DNA from: an uncultured Candidatus Saccharibacteria bacterium
Lineage (GTDB): Bacteria > Patescibacteriota > CPR2 > UBA1875 > CAIMLA01
Reading direction: 5' to 3'
NCBI GenBank assembly: GCA_964594415.1
Contig: CAZQLQ010000003.1
Coordinates: forward strand, 6,224-70,223
Length of the DNA: 64,000 bases
In this document: piece by piece, positions 19,900 through 31,439 of the stretch
Layout: every line of letters starts with the position of its first letter
Numbering within the stretch: position 1 is the first letter of the stretch
Translations under genes and position numbers: made by a program
The notes under the pieces: model-generated
Databases searched by the model: none
The model's input: the letters and a program-made list of their open reading frames with translations, nothing else
What the model was told of the DNA's origin: nothing

Positions 19900-20026
19900 G
19901 TTCTAGCATCATCCACCACCTGGAGCCATATAACAAGAGGTTTAACAAAGCCTTTTTTTATTTATAAAAATTATTAAATACTTCTGTTACGATCGAATTT
20001 TTTGAAAGTTATGAGATAATGAAGTC
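19900..20026 (+). repeat. Cassette spacer 2
   Basis: gttctagcatcatccaccacctggagcca...aggtttaacaaagcc-T7...TGaGATAAT-N6-ATG. Confidence 0.8.
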
Positions 20027-20386
20027 ATGGATGAAAGAGTTAAAAATTATATTGGAAGGCAGGACGAGCCTAAGAAGACTATCCTTAGAGAACTCAGGGA
20101 ATTACTGCTTAGTACGATTGACGACTGTAAGGAAGAATTCAATTGGGGTGTGCCTGTTTATGATGGCGGTAAATTTTATATTGCCGCCATGAGAGAACGA
20201 GTACATATCGGATTTGCGATTAAAGGACTATCTGACGAGGAAATAATGAACTTTGAAGGCAAAGGCAAAACCATGAGACACATAAAGATTTATACGGTAG
20301 AAGACATTGATAATAAAAATATTAAATACCTAATAAATCTTGTTCATGAAAAAGCCACAGTGCCACCTGACTATAAGAATCTTTAA
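20027..20386 (+). CDS. DUF1801 (YdhG-like) protein
   Basis: V..YI...LRELLL...E...WGVPVY...HIGF...EGKGKTMRHIKI pattern. Confidence 0.85.
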   Translation: MDERVKNYIGRQDEPKKTILRELRELLLSTIDDCKEEFNWGVPVYDGGKFYIAAMRERVHIGFAIKGLSDEEIMNFEGKGKTMRHIKIYTVEDIDNKNIKYLINLVHEKATVPPDYKNL

Positions 20387-20403
20387 TTAGTGAGTGTTTT
20401 AAT

Positions 20404-20571
20404 ATGAATATAGACGAAAAAATAGAGATAACCGTTGAAAAAACAATAGAAGCGCTTGCCAGAATAGAACGATTTGTTGTTAAATACGGATCTGAGCTTG
20501 AAGATGGTCAAAAAGAACGAATTGCTATGAAAGTTCAAGAACTACAAAATAAGATTAAGAATTTAAGTTAA
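20404..20571 (+). CDS. Small helical protein, 55 aa (not in ORF track)
   Basis: Translated by hand: MNIDEKIEITVEKTIEALARIERFVVKYGSELEDGQKERIAMKVQELQNKIKNLS; fills the gap cleanly. Confidence 0.65.
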   Translation: MNIDEKIEITVEKTIEALARIERFVVKYGSELEDGQKERIAMKVQELQNKIKNLS

Positions 20572-20676
20572 GTATTTTAAGCTCGTTTCACCAAATAAGC
20601 AAAAAAGATTGCGGCCTTTAAGTCGTTTTTTTTATTTTTTACATTTAAAATAAGCGACTTGTGCTAAAATTACTTT
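20572..20676 (+). repeat. Cassette spacer 3 (diverged)
   Basis: ttttaagctcgtttcaccaaataagcaaa, hairpin-T8, then cgacttgtgc-TAAAAT-N6-ATG (cgacttgtg shared with spacer 1). Confidence 0.6.
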
Positions 20677-21303
20677 ATGAAATTATTCTTATCTTCAATC
20701 GGTTTTGATGAAAATGTCGCCAAAGAGTTAGATGAACTTATATCTAAAAAGCGAGTTGATGTTTCCATTGGAATTATCACCAATGCTAAGAAGTATAAAT
20801 CAAAGGAAGAATTCAAAGAATCGATAACGAGAAATACAAAATATGTCGCTGATTTAGGTTATTCAAAGATTCGCTATATTGATTTAGATAATTACGGAGA
20901 CAAAGATTTAGAATGCGATGTTTTGTATATTTTTGGAGGAAACTCTTTTTACCTTCTGGAAGCAATTAAAAGAAGCGGTTTTGATAAGGCTCTAAAGAGA
21001 ATCGTGGATGAGGGTAGAATAATTGTTGGACAAAGTGCTGGTAGTATTATTTTTTCACCAAGTATTGAAATTGCTGGCAATGATTTTTGCTATGATCAAA
21101 ATATCTTGGGATTAAAAGACTTAGACGCACTTAATATAGTGGATTATGCAATTCTCCCACATTATGAAGATAAATATGTAGCGGGCGTTAGAAAACTTCG
21201 CGAAACTGTTGGTTATGACATTTACGCCTTAAAAGACGGGCAAACAATTTTCTTAAACGGTAACGAAACCACTTATTTGGGCGGGGAACCTGCTATCTTT
21301 TAA
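20677..21303 (+). CDS. Peptidase S51 family (dipeptidase E-like)
   Basis: MKLFLSS, GGNSF.LL, GQSAG nucleophile elbow and PHY motifs. Confidence 0.88.
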   Translation: MKLFLSSIGFDENVAKELDELISKKRVDVSIGIITNAKKYKSKEEFKESITRNTKYVADLGYSKIRYIDLDNYGDKDLECDVLYIFGGNSFYLLEAIKRSGFDKALKRIVDEGRIIVGQSAGSIIFSPSIEIAGNDFCYDQNILGLKDLDALNIVDYAILPHYEDKYVAGVRKLRETVGYDIYALKDGQTIFLNGNETTYLGGEPAIF

Positions 21304-21310
21304 TGCCTAA

Positions 21311-21427
21311 GTTCTAAGATCATTCCACCAAGCGATGCAAATAGAACAGTCTTAACAAAGCCTTTTTTTGATGTCTAAAAAAATTAACCTCTATCGGAAT
21401 TAGAACTTTTGAGTTAAAATTTGGTCT
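21311..21427 (+). repeat. Cassette spacer 4
   Basis: gttctaagatcattccaccaagcgatgcaaatagaacagtcttaacaaagcc-T7-gatgtctaaaaa...TAAAAT-N7-ATG. Confidence 0.85.
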
Positions 21428-22069
21428 ATGAAGATCCTCCTAACATCTAGCGGAATAGATAGGGCTGTTTACGCTAAAATAAGACGCTTACTTGGTAATA
21501 GAGCAGACATTTCGGTTGGCTTTCTGAAATCGTCTATAAAATATATGAACAATCAGCCAGCCTTGGAAAATAGACTTAGCGAAATTTCTAATAATTTGTT
21601 ATCTTTGGGATTTAAAAAAGCTGATGGTTATTATCTACCAAAATATACAGCAGGACACTTGGCAGTAGCATTAGATAAATATGATGTGATTTATATATGC
21701 GGTGGGAACACCTTTAATCTCTTAAATGTCATTAAAATCGCTGGTTTTGAAAAAGTTTTGGACGACCTCAAGGATAAAAAGATTATCGTTAGTGAAAGTG
21801 CTGGAAGTTATGTTTTGTGCCCAAACATAGAAATGGCAAACTGGAAGGGGTCAAACAGCAACGAGGTTGGTATAGATGACTTAACGGGTTTAAATTATGT
21901 TCCCTTTCTAGTGTCGGCTCACTACTCGGATGAAGTTGCTGGAAAAATTAAAGTTGGTGCAAAGAAATCGGGACTAACGACTTATGCACTTAGAGATGGA
22001 CAGGCAGTCTTTTATCAGGATGGGAATTTAGAATATTTGGGTGGTGAGCCCAAGGTTATTAAGGCTTAG
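21428..22069 (+). CDS. Peptidase S51 family, second paralog
   Basis: MKILLTSSG, GGNTF.LL, SESAG and AHY motifs. Confidence 0.88.
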   Translation: MKILLTSSGIDRAVYAKIRRLLGNRADISVGFLKSSIKYMNNQPALENRLSEISNNLLSLGFKKADGYYLPKYTAGHLAVALDKYDVIYICGGNTFNLLNVIKIAGFEKVLDDLKDKKIIVSESAGSYVLCPNIEMANWKGSNSNEVGIDDLTGLNYVPFLVSAHYSDEVAGKIKVGAKKSGLTTYALRDGQAVFYQDGNLEYLGGEPKVIKA

Positions 22070-22070
22070 T

Positions 22071-22185
22071 GTTCTTAACTCAGCCCGCCAAGAGAGGCAA
22101 ATAGAACAGGCTTAACAAAGCCTTTTTTGATGTCTAAAAACCTTAACCCCTATCGTACTTAAAAATTTTACGATAGAATTAATTT
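22071..22185 (+). repeat. Cassette spacer 5
   Basis: About 80% identical to spacer 4 over about 100 nt by manual alignment; TAGAAT-N6-ATG. Confidence 0.85.
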
Positions 22186-22596
22186 ATGAAAATATTTATT
22201 ATCTGCAGTAAAAATTTTTATGATAAAATCTCGTCTATTAAATCCGAGCTAGAAAAAGCAGGACATATCATATCTCTTCCAAATTGCTTTGACGACCCAG
22301 GCACCGAAGACAGATATAGAAACCTTGGTTCAAAAGAACACACAGAATGGAAGTCCAAAATGCTAAAACATAGTACCGGTGTTATCGAGCATAATGACGC
22401 CGTTTTGGTGCTCAATTTTGAGAAAAACGGGATAGAAAACTATATTGGCGGGGCAACATTTCTAGAAATGTATGATGCCTTTCGACTTGATAAAAAAATA
22501 TTTTTATACAATGACATTCCGAATGGAATACTACATGACGAAATAATAGGTTTTGACCCAGTTCTAATCAATCAAAATCTGGCGAAGATCATTTAA
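22186..22596 (+). CDS. Nucleoside 2-deoxyribosyltransferase-like fold protein
   Basis: KIFIICS...DAVLVLN...NYIGG.TFLEM..A....KKIFL pattern. Confidence 0.6.
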   Translation: MKIFIICSKNFYDKISSIKSELEKAGHIISLPNCFDDPGTEDRYRNLGSKEHTEWKSKMLKHSTGVIEHNDAVLVLNFEKNGIENYIGGATFLEMYDAFRLDKKIFLYNDIPNGILHDEIIGFDPVLINQNLAKII

Positions 22597-22670
22597 TTTC
22601 ATCCACATAAAAGACCTTATTTGGTCTTTTTTTATATCCCGATAAAAGAGATAATATATCTTGAGGGAAT

Positions 22671-24362
22671 ATGAAGGAAAAAGAGAGAAAGCCCAACAAT
22701 AAAAATAAAAGCAAAAAGAAACCTTCATCACATAAGACTGTCTTTTCATTTCTGAATTTAGGTTTTATTTTCCATCTTGTTAAGTCTTACCACAAATACA
22801 AAAAATATTTTTTTCTTGGCATAGCAAACATTTTGTTTATTGTAGTAGTTGCAGTAATTGTGTTTTGGGGAAAACCAATATTGTGGTTTGTCAAGAGCTC
22901 ATCTTACCAGAACATAACATATCCTTATGCATCTGTTTTAGGAAATAATGTTGGTGGACTAAATTCAGAAGAGCTTGATACTAAATTAGCAGAGATAAAA
23001 TTAGAATTTGAAAGTAAAAAAGTTACATTCACTAATAATGAAAGCCAATGGATATTTACTTACAACGAACTGGGGGTTAGATTTGATAGTGATGTGACCA
23101 AACAAGCAATTTTGGAATTTAATAAATACAATATAAGAAACAAGTACAAACTAATTATTGGCGACATTAGTCCTCAGGTTATACCGTCAATATCAATCAT
23201 TAACGATAAATGCGTTAATTCTCTTTCAACCGTATCAATTCCTGAAACTGCGCCTCAAAATGCCGCCATATACTTTGACCAAGAGTTAAAAATAAAATCT
23301 GAACAATCCGGCACAAGTTATAATCCAGCTTCAAACTGTAAAGAACTATCAACTATTTTAGCTTCAAGCCGTACTAAAGCAAAAATTAGTCTAGACACCG
23401 TCGCTGCCAACTTAACCAAGGCCGACCTTGAACCGGTGCTGCCTCAGATTCAAGGCATCACTGGAAAACCGTTAACTTTATATAGTGGGTCTTACAAAAG
23501 AATTTTGCCATCAGAACAGTTGCTAGGCCTGCTAGAAATCTCTAAAAGCGACTCCGGGATCCAGGTTGGCTGGTCTTCAGCAAGGCTCGATGAACTTATT
23601 AATGGAATAGCATCAAAGGTGAATTACAGTAATAGTAGCCCGGTAGTTGGAAGTTGTGAATATTTGATTAGTAACGGCGGATACTGGTTGGACAAAGCTG
23701 CTACAAAGAAATTTATACAGAGCCTTGGCCCAAACAGCTCTCGATCCTACACTCTACCAGTTATTTATCATGAAGCCGTCATTGGTAAACGTTCGCCGGT
23801 GAAAAGCGGCACTCGAGGTACTGTTTATTTAACATTTGACGACGGTTTATTGTATGGTAATCAAATTATGAATTATGCTGCTTGTTACGGCATAAAAATT
23901 ACTTTCTTTGAAATTGGTTCTAGAGGCTTTACTGATGCCGTAGCTCTCCGCAGAGCCGTTAATGAAGGCCATGCTGTTCAATCACATGGATATGATCACG
24001 CTGCGACTAACTATGGCGAACACAGCTATGAATGGCAATTTAATGATATTAAAAAATCAATTGATACAATTATAAGCATCACGGGCATTCGGCCAACATA
24101 TTTTCGCCCACCTGGTGGAAATAGAAGTACTGACACATACACAGCTGCAAATAACAACGGGCTCAAATTGATACTGTGGGGTGCTTCTTCTGCAGATACA
24201 GCTGGAATCAGCTCAAGCGCAATTTGCTCTAATGTTTTGAATCATGCTTTTTCGGGGGCTAGTGTTTTAATGCATTCAACAAAACAAACTACTGCCAACG
24301 CAGTGCCATGCATTATTGAAGGACTGGCCGCAAGAGGTTACAGTATGCAAGCTTTAAGATAA
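22671..24362 (+). CDS. Membrane-anchored polysaccharide deacetylase with YoaR/PG-binding-4-like region
   Basis: TFDDG, HGYDH, RPPGG and LMH NodB motifs; N-terminal TM. Confidence 0.85.
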   Translation: MKEKERKPNNKNKSKKKPSSHKTVFSFLNLGFIFHLVKSYHKYKKYFFLGIANILFIVVVAVIVFWGKPILWFVKSSSYQNITYPYASVLGNNVGGLNSEELDTKLAEIKLEFESKKVTFTNNESQWIFTYNELGVRFDSDVTKQAILEFNKYNIRNKYKLIIGDISPQVIPSISIINDKCVNSLSTVSIPETAPQNAAIYFDQELKIKSEQSGTSYNPASNCKELSTILASSRTKAKISLDTVAANLTKADLEPVLPQIQGITGKPLTLYSGSYKRILPSEQLLGLLEISKSDSGIQVGWSSARLDELINGIASKVNYSNSSPVVGSCEYLISNGGYWLDKAATKKFIQSLGPNSSRSYTLPVIYHEAVIGKRSPVKSGTRGTVYLTFDDGLLYGNQIMNYAACYGIKITFFEIGSRGFTDAVALRRAVNEGHAVQSHGYDHAATNYGEHSYEWQFNDIKKSIDTIISITGIRPTYFRPPGGNRSTDTYTAANNNGLKLILWGASSADTAGISSSAICSNVLNHAFSGASVLMHSTKQTTANAVPCIIEGLAARGYSMQALR

Positions 24363-24372
24363 AAAATAATTA

Positions 24373-25317
24373 ATGGTAAGAATAATGAATAATATTAGCA
24401 GTCATTTTAAAAATACAATATCAAAAAGAGTATGGATATTATTAGCAGTATTCATAATAATATTAATTTCGACTTCGGTCTTTTTATTTTCTAAAATAAG
24501 CAAACAACAACCGCATCAAACGACTACTACGACATCTTTAACAACAGTCACCTCAAGCACTACTATCACCACAACAACGACAACCACTACTACAACAACA
24601 AGTACGTCCACGACTAAGGCTCCCTCAACTACTACAACTACTAAATTTAACGTGATGAACCTAAATAACAACGTAGTAAATTGGAGCTATGCATACCCAT
24701 CAAGCTTCATAACCAAATACAATGGTTATTGGAATTTTGGTGACAACAATCTATATCTAACGTTTGATTGTGGCTATGATTACAACAATCTTGCTTCTAG
24801 TATCATGGATATCTTGGAGACCAAAAACGTAAAAGCAGTATTCTTCGTAACGGGTGCTTTTATGAATTCAAGGCCTGATCTGATAAACAGGATGATTGCC
24901 GAAGGACATATCGTAGGAAATCACTCGTATGGCCACTTGAATCAACCACAAAACTTAACTTCCTCCACGGACACAGTTATTGCCGATATTAAAGCCTGGG
25001 AAAATAAATATTTTGCTATAACGGGAACATCTCCTTACAAACATTTATTCCGCCCTCCGGCCGGAGCTATTTCCGAGCGCTCGATGGCCCTAATGAATCA
25101 ACTTGGCTACAAAAGCTTACTTTGGGCAGTTGCATACAGGGATTGGGATCCCGCAAATCAACCTACTGAGGCAGAAGCATGGACAGCATTACGTAACTAT
25201 ACGTCGGCAGGTGATATTATTCTTCTTCACGGAACCTCACAAACAAGCACAAATATTTTAAGTGCCTATATAGACGAATATCGATCTAAAGGTTATGAGT
25301 TTAGACTACCGAATTAA
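24373..25317 (+). CDS. PdaA-type polysaccharide deacetylase with Thr-rich stalk
   Basis: YLTFDCGY, GNHSYGH, FRPPAG and LLHG motifs; TM followed by poly-Thr linker. Confidence 0.88.
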   Translation: MVRIMNNISSHFKNTISKRVWILLAVFIIILISTSVFLFSKISKQQPHQTTTTTSLTTVTSSTTITTTTTTTTTTTSTSTTKAPSTTTTTKFNVMNLNNNVVNWSYAYPSSFITKYNGYWNFGDNNLYLTFDCGYDYNNLASSIMDILETKNVKAVFFVTGAFMNSRPDLINRMIAEGHIVGNHSYGHLNQPQNLTSSTDTVIADIKAWENKYFAITGTSPYKHLFRPPAGAISERSMALMNQLGYKSLLWAVAYRDWDPANQPTEAEAWTALRNYTSAGDIILLHGTSQTSTNILSAYIDEYRSKGYEFRLPN

Positions 25318-25391
25318 TAAAGTAATTCACATTTCAATTTATCTTGAATTTATACTATTATTGATATTGTTAGTAAGCTTACGGAGTTTTT

Positions 25392-26165
25392 TTGCTTTAT
25401 TCCATATACGAAATTATCTGGATATTCATAGTTTATTCTTTTTTTGGTTGGTGCTTAGAAGTGGTGAACGCAACAATCAGGACAGGGAAATTTGTAAACA
25501 GAGGCTTTTTAAATGGCCCCTACTGCCCAATTTACGGATTTGGCACAGTTATTATTCTAGAGGCCTTAAATCCTTACAAAAGCAACTTGTTTTTAGTCTT
25601 CGTCGGGTCAATATTATTGACTACCGTTCTCGAATTTATAACAGGCTATATCCTTGAAAGAGTCTTTGACCAAAAATGGTGGGACTATTCGCGCGATCAC
25701 TTTAATCTTAAGGGATACGTTTGTTTAGAAAACTCGGTTATTTGGGGAATCGCATCAATTTTTGTAATATTTATTCTCCACCCAATCATTAATAGCTTTA
25801 TAACCTGGTTGCCAAAAAATATTGGAACAATTCTCCTCATTGTAGTGCTTGAAATTATGATTATAGACTTTGCTATAACTCTTGTTTCGCTTTTAAAAAT
25901 TAAAAAAAGGCTAAATGTCCTTGTGGAAACAGGAGAGAAAATAAGAATACTTTCAGACGCAATAGGGAAGAACATCTCAGGCAAAACTCTCTCGGGTCTC
26001 AAGAAAAGAAAAAAGTATGAGATAGAGTTGAGAGAATTAAAAAAGAATTATCAGGAACTTCTAGAAGAAAAAGTATTTATACAAAAAAGAATTGTTAAGG
26101 CTTTTCCAAGCTTGAACTCGCTTTGGGCGAAAAGACTTAAAGGGCTAGTTAAAAATAAAAAATAG
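25392..26165 (+). CDS. Putative ABC transporter permease (CmpB/DUF1113 type)
   Basis: YSFFGW..E, NRGFLNGPYCPIYGFG and WWDYS...NLKGYVCL motifs. Confidence 0.88.
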   Translation: MLYSIYEIIWIFIVYSFFGWCLEVVNATIRTGKFVNRGFLNGPYCPIYGFGTVIILEALNPYKSNLFLVFVGSILLTTVLEFITGYILERVFDQKWWDYSRDHFNLKGYVCLENSVIWGIASIFVIFILHPIINSFITWLPKNIGTILLIVVLEIMIIDFAITLVSLLKIKKRLNVLVETGEKIRILSDAIGKNISGKTLSGLKKRKKYEIELRELKKNYQELLEEKVFIQKRIVKAFPSLNSLWAKRLKGLVKNKK

Positions 26166-26204
26166 ATTAATAGATATTATTATTTGCCAGCAGCTTCAAT
26201 AATT

Positions 26205-26405
26205 TTAGATATATTCGCCAATAATTGGTGCTGTATTAAAAAATGTAAGTAAATAAACCAAAAGCACTGCCAATATCGTTCCACCAATGAAAAATCCTAA
26301 TCCGCTTATAATACCACGATAAAAAGTCCACCATACAGATGCATTTTTAGTAACTGCTTGCTCCAACTTATCTATAGAACCCTTCAGTCCTAATAGCTCT
26401 TTCAT
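26205..26405 (-). CDS. DUF5665-like small membrane protein, possibly frameshifted near its C-terminus
   Basis: FYRGIISGLGFFIGGTIL...PIIG; ATG 6 nt after TATAAT. Confidence 0.65.
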   Translation of the reverse strand: MKELLGLKGSIDKLEQAVTKNASVWWTFYRGIISGLGFFIGGTILAVLLVYLLTFFNTAPIIGEYI

Positions 26406-26450
26406 ATGAAAATTATACACAAAAAAATGATGTGTATAAATAAAACTAGA

Positions 26451-26873
26451 TCAAGAAGTCACTATTTCAGTAAGTTTTTTTATGCTCCAATCAAAATCGC
26501 TATTCTTTTCTAACCAAAGGCCAATAACGCTAACTCCCTTAGGAACTCCCCAATCGTTGGCAATCAATTCACACGATTCGTTAAGCTCAGAGATTTGAGC
26601 TTCATCGGAAATCGGATTTTTCGCACAATCTTGATGTGCGATTACTACTACATTAGTTGAACTATGACCGCTTACTGATATACTGACCTCTTCCTTAAGA
26701 TTTTCTACAACTTCCTTGACACCTTTAGTTATCACATTGGTTGGACCCGCAACATTGACAGCGTCAACAAATTCAACACACAGTTCTTTTTTTATCCAGT
26801 CGCTTACTGGTTTTTGAGTTCTTCCATCGATACAATTAATCATTGTTGCAAAATGTAAATTACTATGAGACAT
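26451..26873 (-). CDS. Beta-class carbonic anhydrase-like protein
   Basis: CIDGR (CxDxR) and HQDC (HxxC) zinc-ligand motifs. Confidence 0.8.
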   Translation of the reverse strand: MSHSNLHFATMINCIDGRTQKPVSDWIKKELCVEFVDAVNVAGPTNVITKGVKEVVENLKEEVSISVSGHSSTNVVVIAHQDCAKNPISDEAQISELNESCELIANDWGVPKGVSVIGLWLEKNSDFDWSIKKLTEIVTS

Positions 26874-26881
26874 ATTTCTCC

Positions 26882-27336
26882 TTAATCATTTAATTCTCTT
26901 GCTTTTTGTCCGTGCTTTCTTTTGATCCCAGAGTGCTTAGTAATTGCTTTGAGCTGAGCTGCAATGCGTATAAGCTCTGCTTCTGATTCTGCGAACAACT
27001 CCTTGTTGGCAATTGCTTCTGCCAAAGCCTTTTCTGCAGCTTTCTTGGCCCCAAGTACTTCTGCCTCATTAAGTTCATGGATATGCTCTGCAGCATCCGC
27101 AAGCACGATCACTTTACTTCCTTCTTTTATATGCACGAAACCTCCATAAAGAAGAGCAATTCTCTCATCATCCTTTGACCTTACGATAATCTCTCCTGGA
27201 CTAATTTCGGCAACAAGAGGAACATGGTTTGGTAGCACCGTAATTTGTCCTGTTTTAACAGGTAAAATCACCTCTTTGACCTCTTCTTCAAACAAGGTTC
27301 TCTCAGGGGTTATGACTGACAAATAAAGTTTAGACA

Positions 27337-27337
<1 letters not shown>
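26882..27337 (-). CDS. atpC: ATP synthase epsilon
   Basis: VITPER...G.ITVLPNH.P...GGF motif; operon position. Confidence 0.95.
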
Positions 27338-29530
<2,193 letters not shown>

Positions 29531-31039
29531 TTATTTGTCTCCACTCTTTTTGCTTACTTTTTCAAGACTCTTTATGAGTGCCTTCTCAACTTCTTCAGAA
29601 ATATCTAAATCTCGCTTGAAAGCCGTTAAATAGTCTTTGTTCCCATTTAATTCATTCAGTAAATTTTCTTCAAATCCTCTAATGTCCTTGACTTCGATCT
29701 CATCCAGATACCCATTCGTTGCCGCATAGAGAATGGCAACCTGGCCCTCTACGGCCATCGGTTGATACTGGTCCTGCTTTAAGACCTCAACAATTCTTTT
29801 ACCGCGTTCGATTTGTTTTTTGGTTTCTTCATCAAGGTCAGAAGCAAATTGAGCAAACGACTGTAGTTCACGATATTGTGCAAGTTCAAGCCGTATCTTT
29901 CCTGCAACTTTTTTAATAGCTTTTATCTGAGCCGATGAACCTACACGAGAAACCGATAATCCAACATTTAAAGCAGGACGAATGCCCTGATAAAATAGAT
30001 CTGATTCAAGGTATATCTGACCATCCGTAATAGAAATTACGTTTGTAGGAATATAGGCAGACACATCGCCAGCTTGTGTTTCTATTATTGGCAACGCGGT
30101 AATGGAACCACCACCATACTTCTCATCTCTCCTGCAAGCACGCTCAAGAAGTCTTGAATGAAGGTAGAAAACATCACCAGGATATGCTTCTCTTCCCGGT
30201 GGACGCCTAAGCAGAAGTGAGATTTCTCTATAAGCCCAAGCGTGTTTGGACAGATCGTCATAGATGACTAGCACATCTTTACCTTGATCCATAAAATATT
30301 CTGCAATTGCGACTCCTGCATAAGGAGCTATAAAAAGAGAAGGCGCAGAATCAGAGGCGGAAGCATTTACTACTATAGTGTTTGCCATAGCCCCATTTTC
30401 TTCAAGCTTTGATACTATCCTAGCAACCTTTGAATTCTTTTGGCCAATTGCTACATAAACACAAATTACACCCGTGTCTTTTTGATTAATGATCGTGTCA
30501 ATTGCAATTGCGGTTTTTCCCGTTTGACGGTCCCCAATAATCAGCTCTCTTTGTCCACGACCAATCGGGATTGCCGCGTCGATCGCCTTAATCCCTGTTT
30601 GAAGTGGGACGTTTACTGATTTACGCTCGATAACGCCAGGCGCAATTCTTTCGACGGGGTAAGCCTTATTGCTTGTTATACTACTCTTACCATCTATAAC
30701 GTTTCCGAGTGCGTCTACTACGCGTCCAATTATATTATCTGAAACCGGAATCTCTAAGATTCTACCGGTACAGCGAACTTCGTCACCTTCCTTAATCCTC
30801 TTTGAATCTCCAATAATAACAATTCCTACATTATCTTCTTCGAGATTAAAAGCAATGCCATAAATACCGTTTTCAAACTGGACCATTTCAAAAGACATCG
30901 CATCGTGTAGGCCAATAGCCTTAGCAACGCCGTCACCAACAGTTACAACCTTTCCTATCTTGTAAGAACTTGCTGATGGTTTATAGCTTTTGAGTTGTTC
31001 TTCAATTTTTTGTAATAAAATGTCTCTATTTTCCTGCAT
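29531..31039 (-). CDS. atpA: ATP synthase alpha
   Basis: GDRQTGKT and [21 protein letters not shown] motifs. Confidence 0.99.
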   Translation of the reverse strand: MQENRDILLQKIEEQLKSYKPSASSYKIGKVVTVGDGVAKAIGLHDAMSFEMVQFENGIYGIAFNLEEDNVGIVIIGDSKRIKEGDEVRCTGRILEIPVSDNIIGRVVDALGNVIDGKSSITSNKAYPVERIAPGVIERKSVNVPLQTGIKAIDAAIPIGRGQRELIIGDRQTGKTAIAIDTIINQKDTGVICVYVAIGQKNSKVARIVSKLEENGAMANTIVVNASASDSAPSLFIAPYAGVAIAEYFMDQGKDVLVIYDDLSKHAWAYREISLLLRRPPGREAYPGDVFYLHSRLLERACRRDEKYGGGSITALPIIETQAGDVSAYIPTNVISITDGQIYLESDLFYQGIRPALNVGLSVSRVGSSAQIKAIKKVAGKIRLELAQYRELQSFAQFASDLDEETKKQIERGKRIVEVLKQDQYQPMAVEGQVAILYAATNGYLDEIEVKDIRGFEENLLNELNGNKDYLTAFKRDLDISEEVEKALIKSLEKVSKKSGDK

Positions 31040-31041
31040 AA

Positions 31042-31437
31042 TTATACCTCTACACCCATTTTTGTCTGTTTAATAAGATCCGTAAGCTGGCTAACCCTAT
31101 TCCTTAAACTATTGTCTATAACCGTTTCACCCATTCTTATTATTACTCCGCCTAAAAGATCCTCGTTTATGAAATAAGTAATTTCCAGCTTCTGATTGGA
31201 TTTTTTTTCTAAAACTCTTTCTATTAGACTTTTTTGCTCATTTGATAATTCACATGCACTTGTGACTGTGATATATCCTTCTTTAAATTGCTTTTCTAGG
31301 GATAGCCTTTTTACCAGTGATTCTGCTTTTCTTGGATATCTTTGTACAACCCTCTTAGCAAAACGCTCAACAAGTTTTGGGTCCTCGTCCTCTGCAACTA
31401 GTTTCAATATTTTCGAGATATCTAAATTTATCGCCAT
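31042..31437 (-). CDS. atpH: ATP synthase delta (short)
   Basis: VTSA..L...LLGG.IIR.G..VID.S motif; operon position. Confidence 0.9.
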   Translation of the reverse strand: MAINLDISKILKLVAEDEDPKLVERFAKRVVQRYPRKAESLVKRLSLEKQFKEGYITVTSACELSNEQKSLIERVLEKKSNQKLEITYFINEDLLGGVIIRMGETVIDNSLRNRVSQLTDLIKQTKMGVEV

Positions 31438-31439
31438 AT

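Noticed and set aside
19309-22185. Cassette spacers as integron attC sites or a CRISPR array
   Set aside because: No RYYYAAC...GTTRRRY extended palindrome and no intI; units are separated by whole genes, not 30-40-nt spacers; no cas genes.
21311-22185. Spacers 4 and 5 as a by-product of S51 gene duplication only
   Set aside because: The two S51 proteins are strongly diverged while the spacers are about 80% identical, and related spacers also follow tRNA-Asn and the RDD-like gene. Not fully excluded.
24520-24642. ACN-rich low-complexity tract as a repeat array
   Set aside because: Mixed Thr codons encoding a protein linker; no fixed DNA repeat unit.
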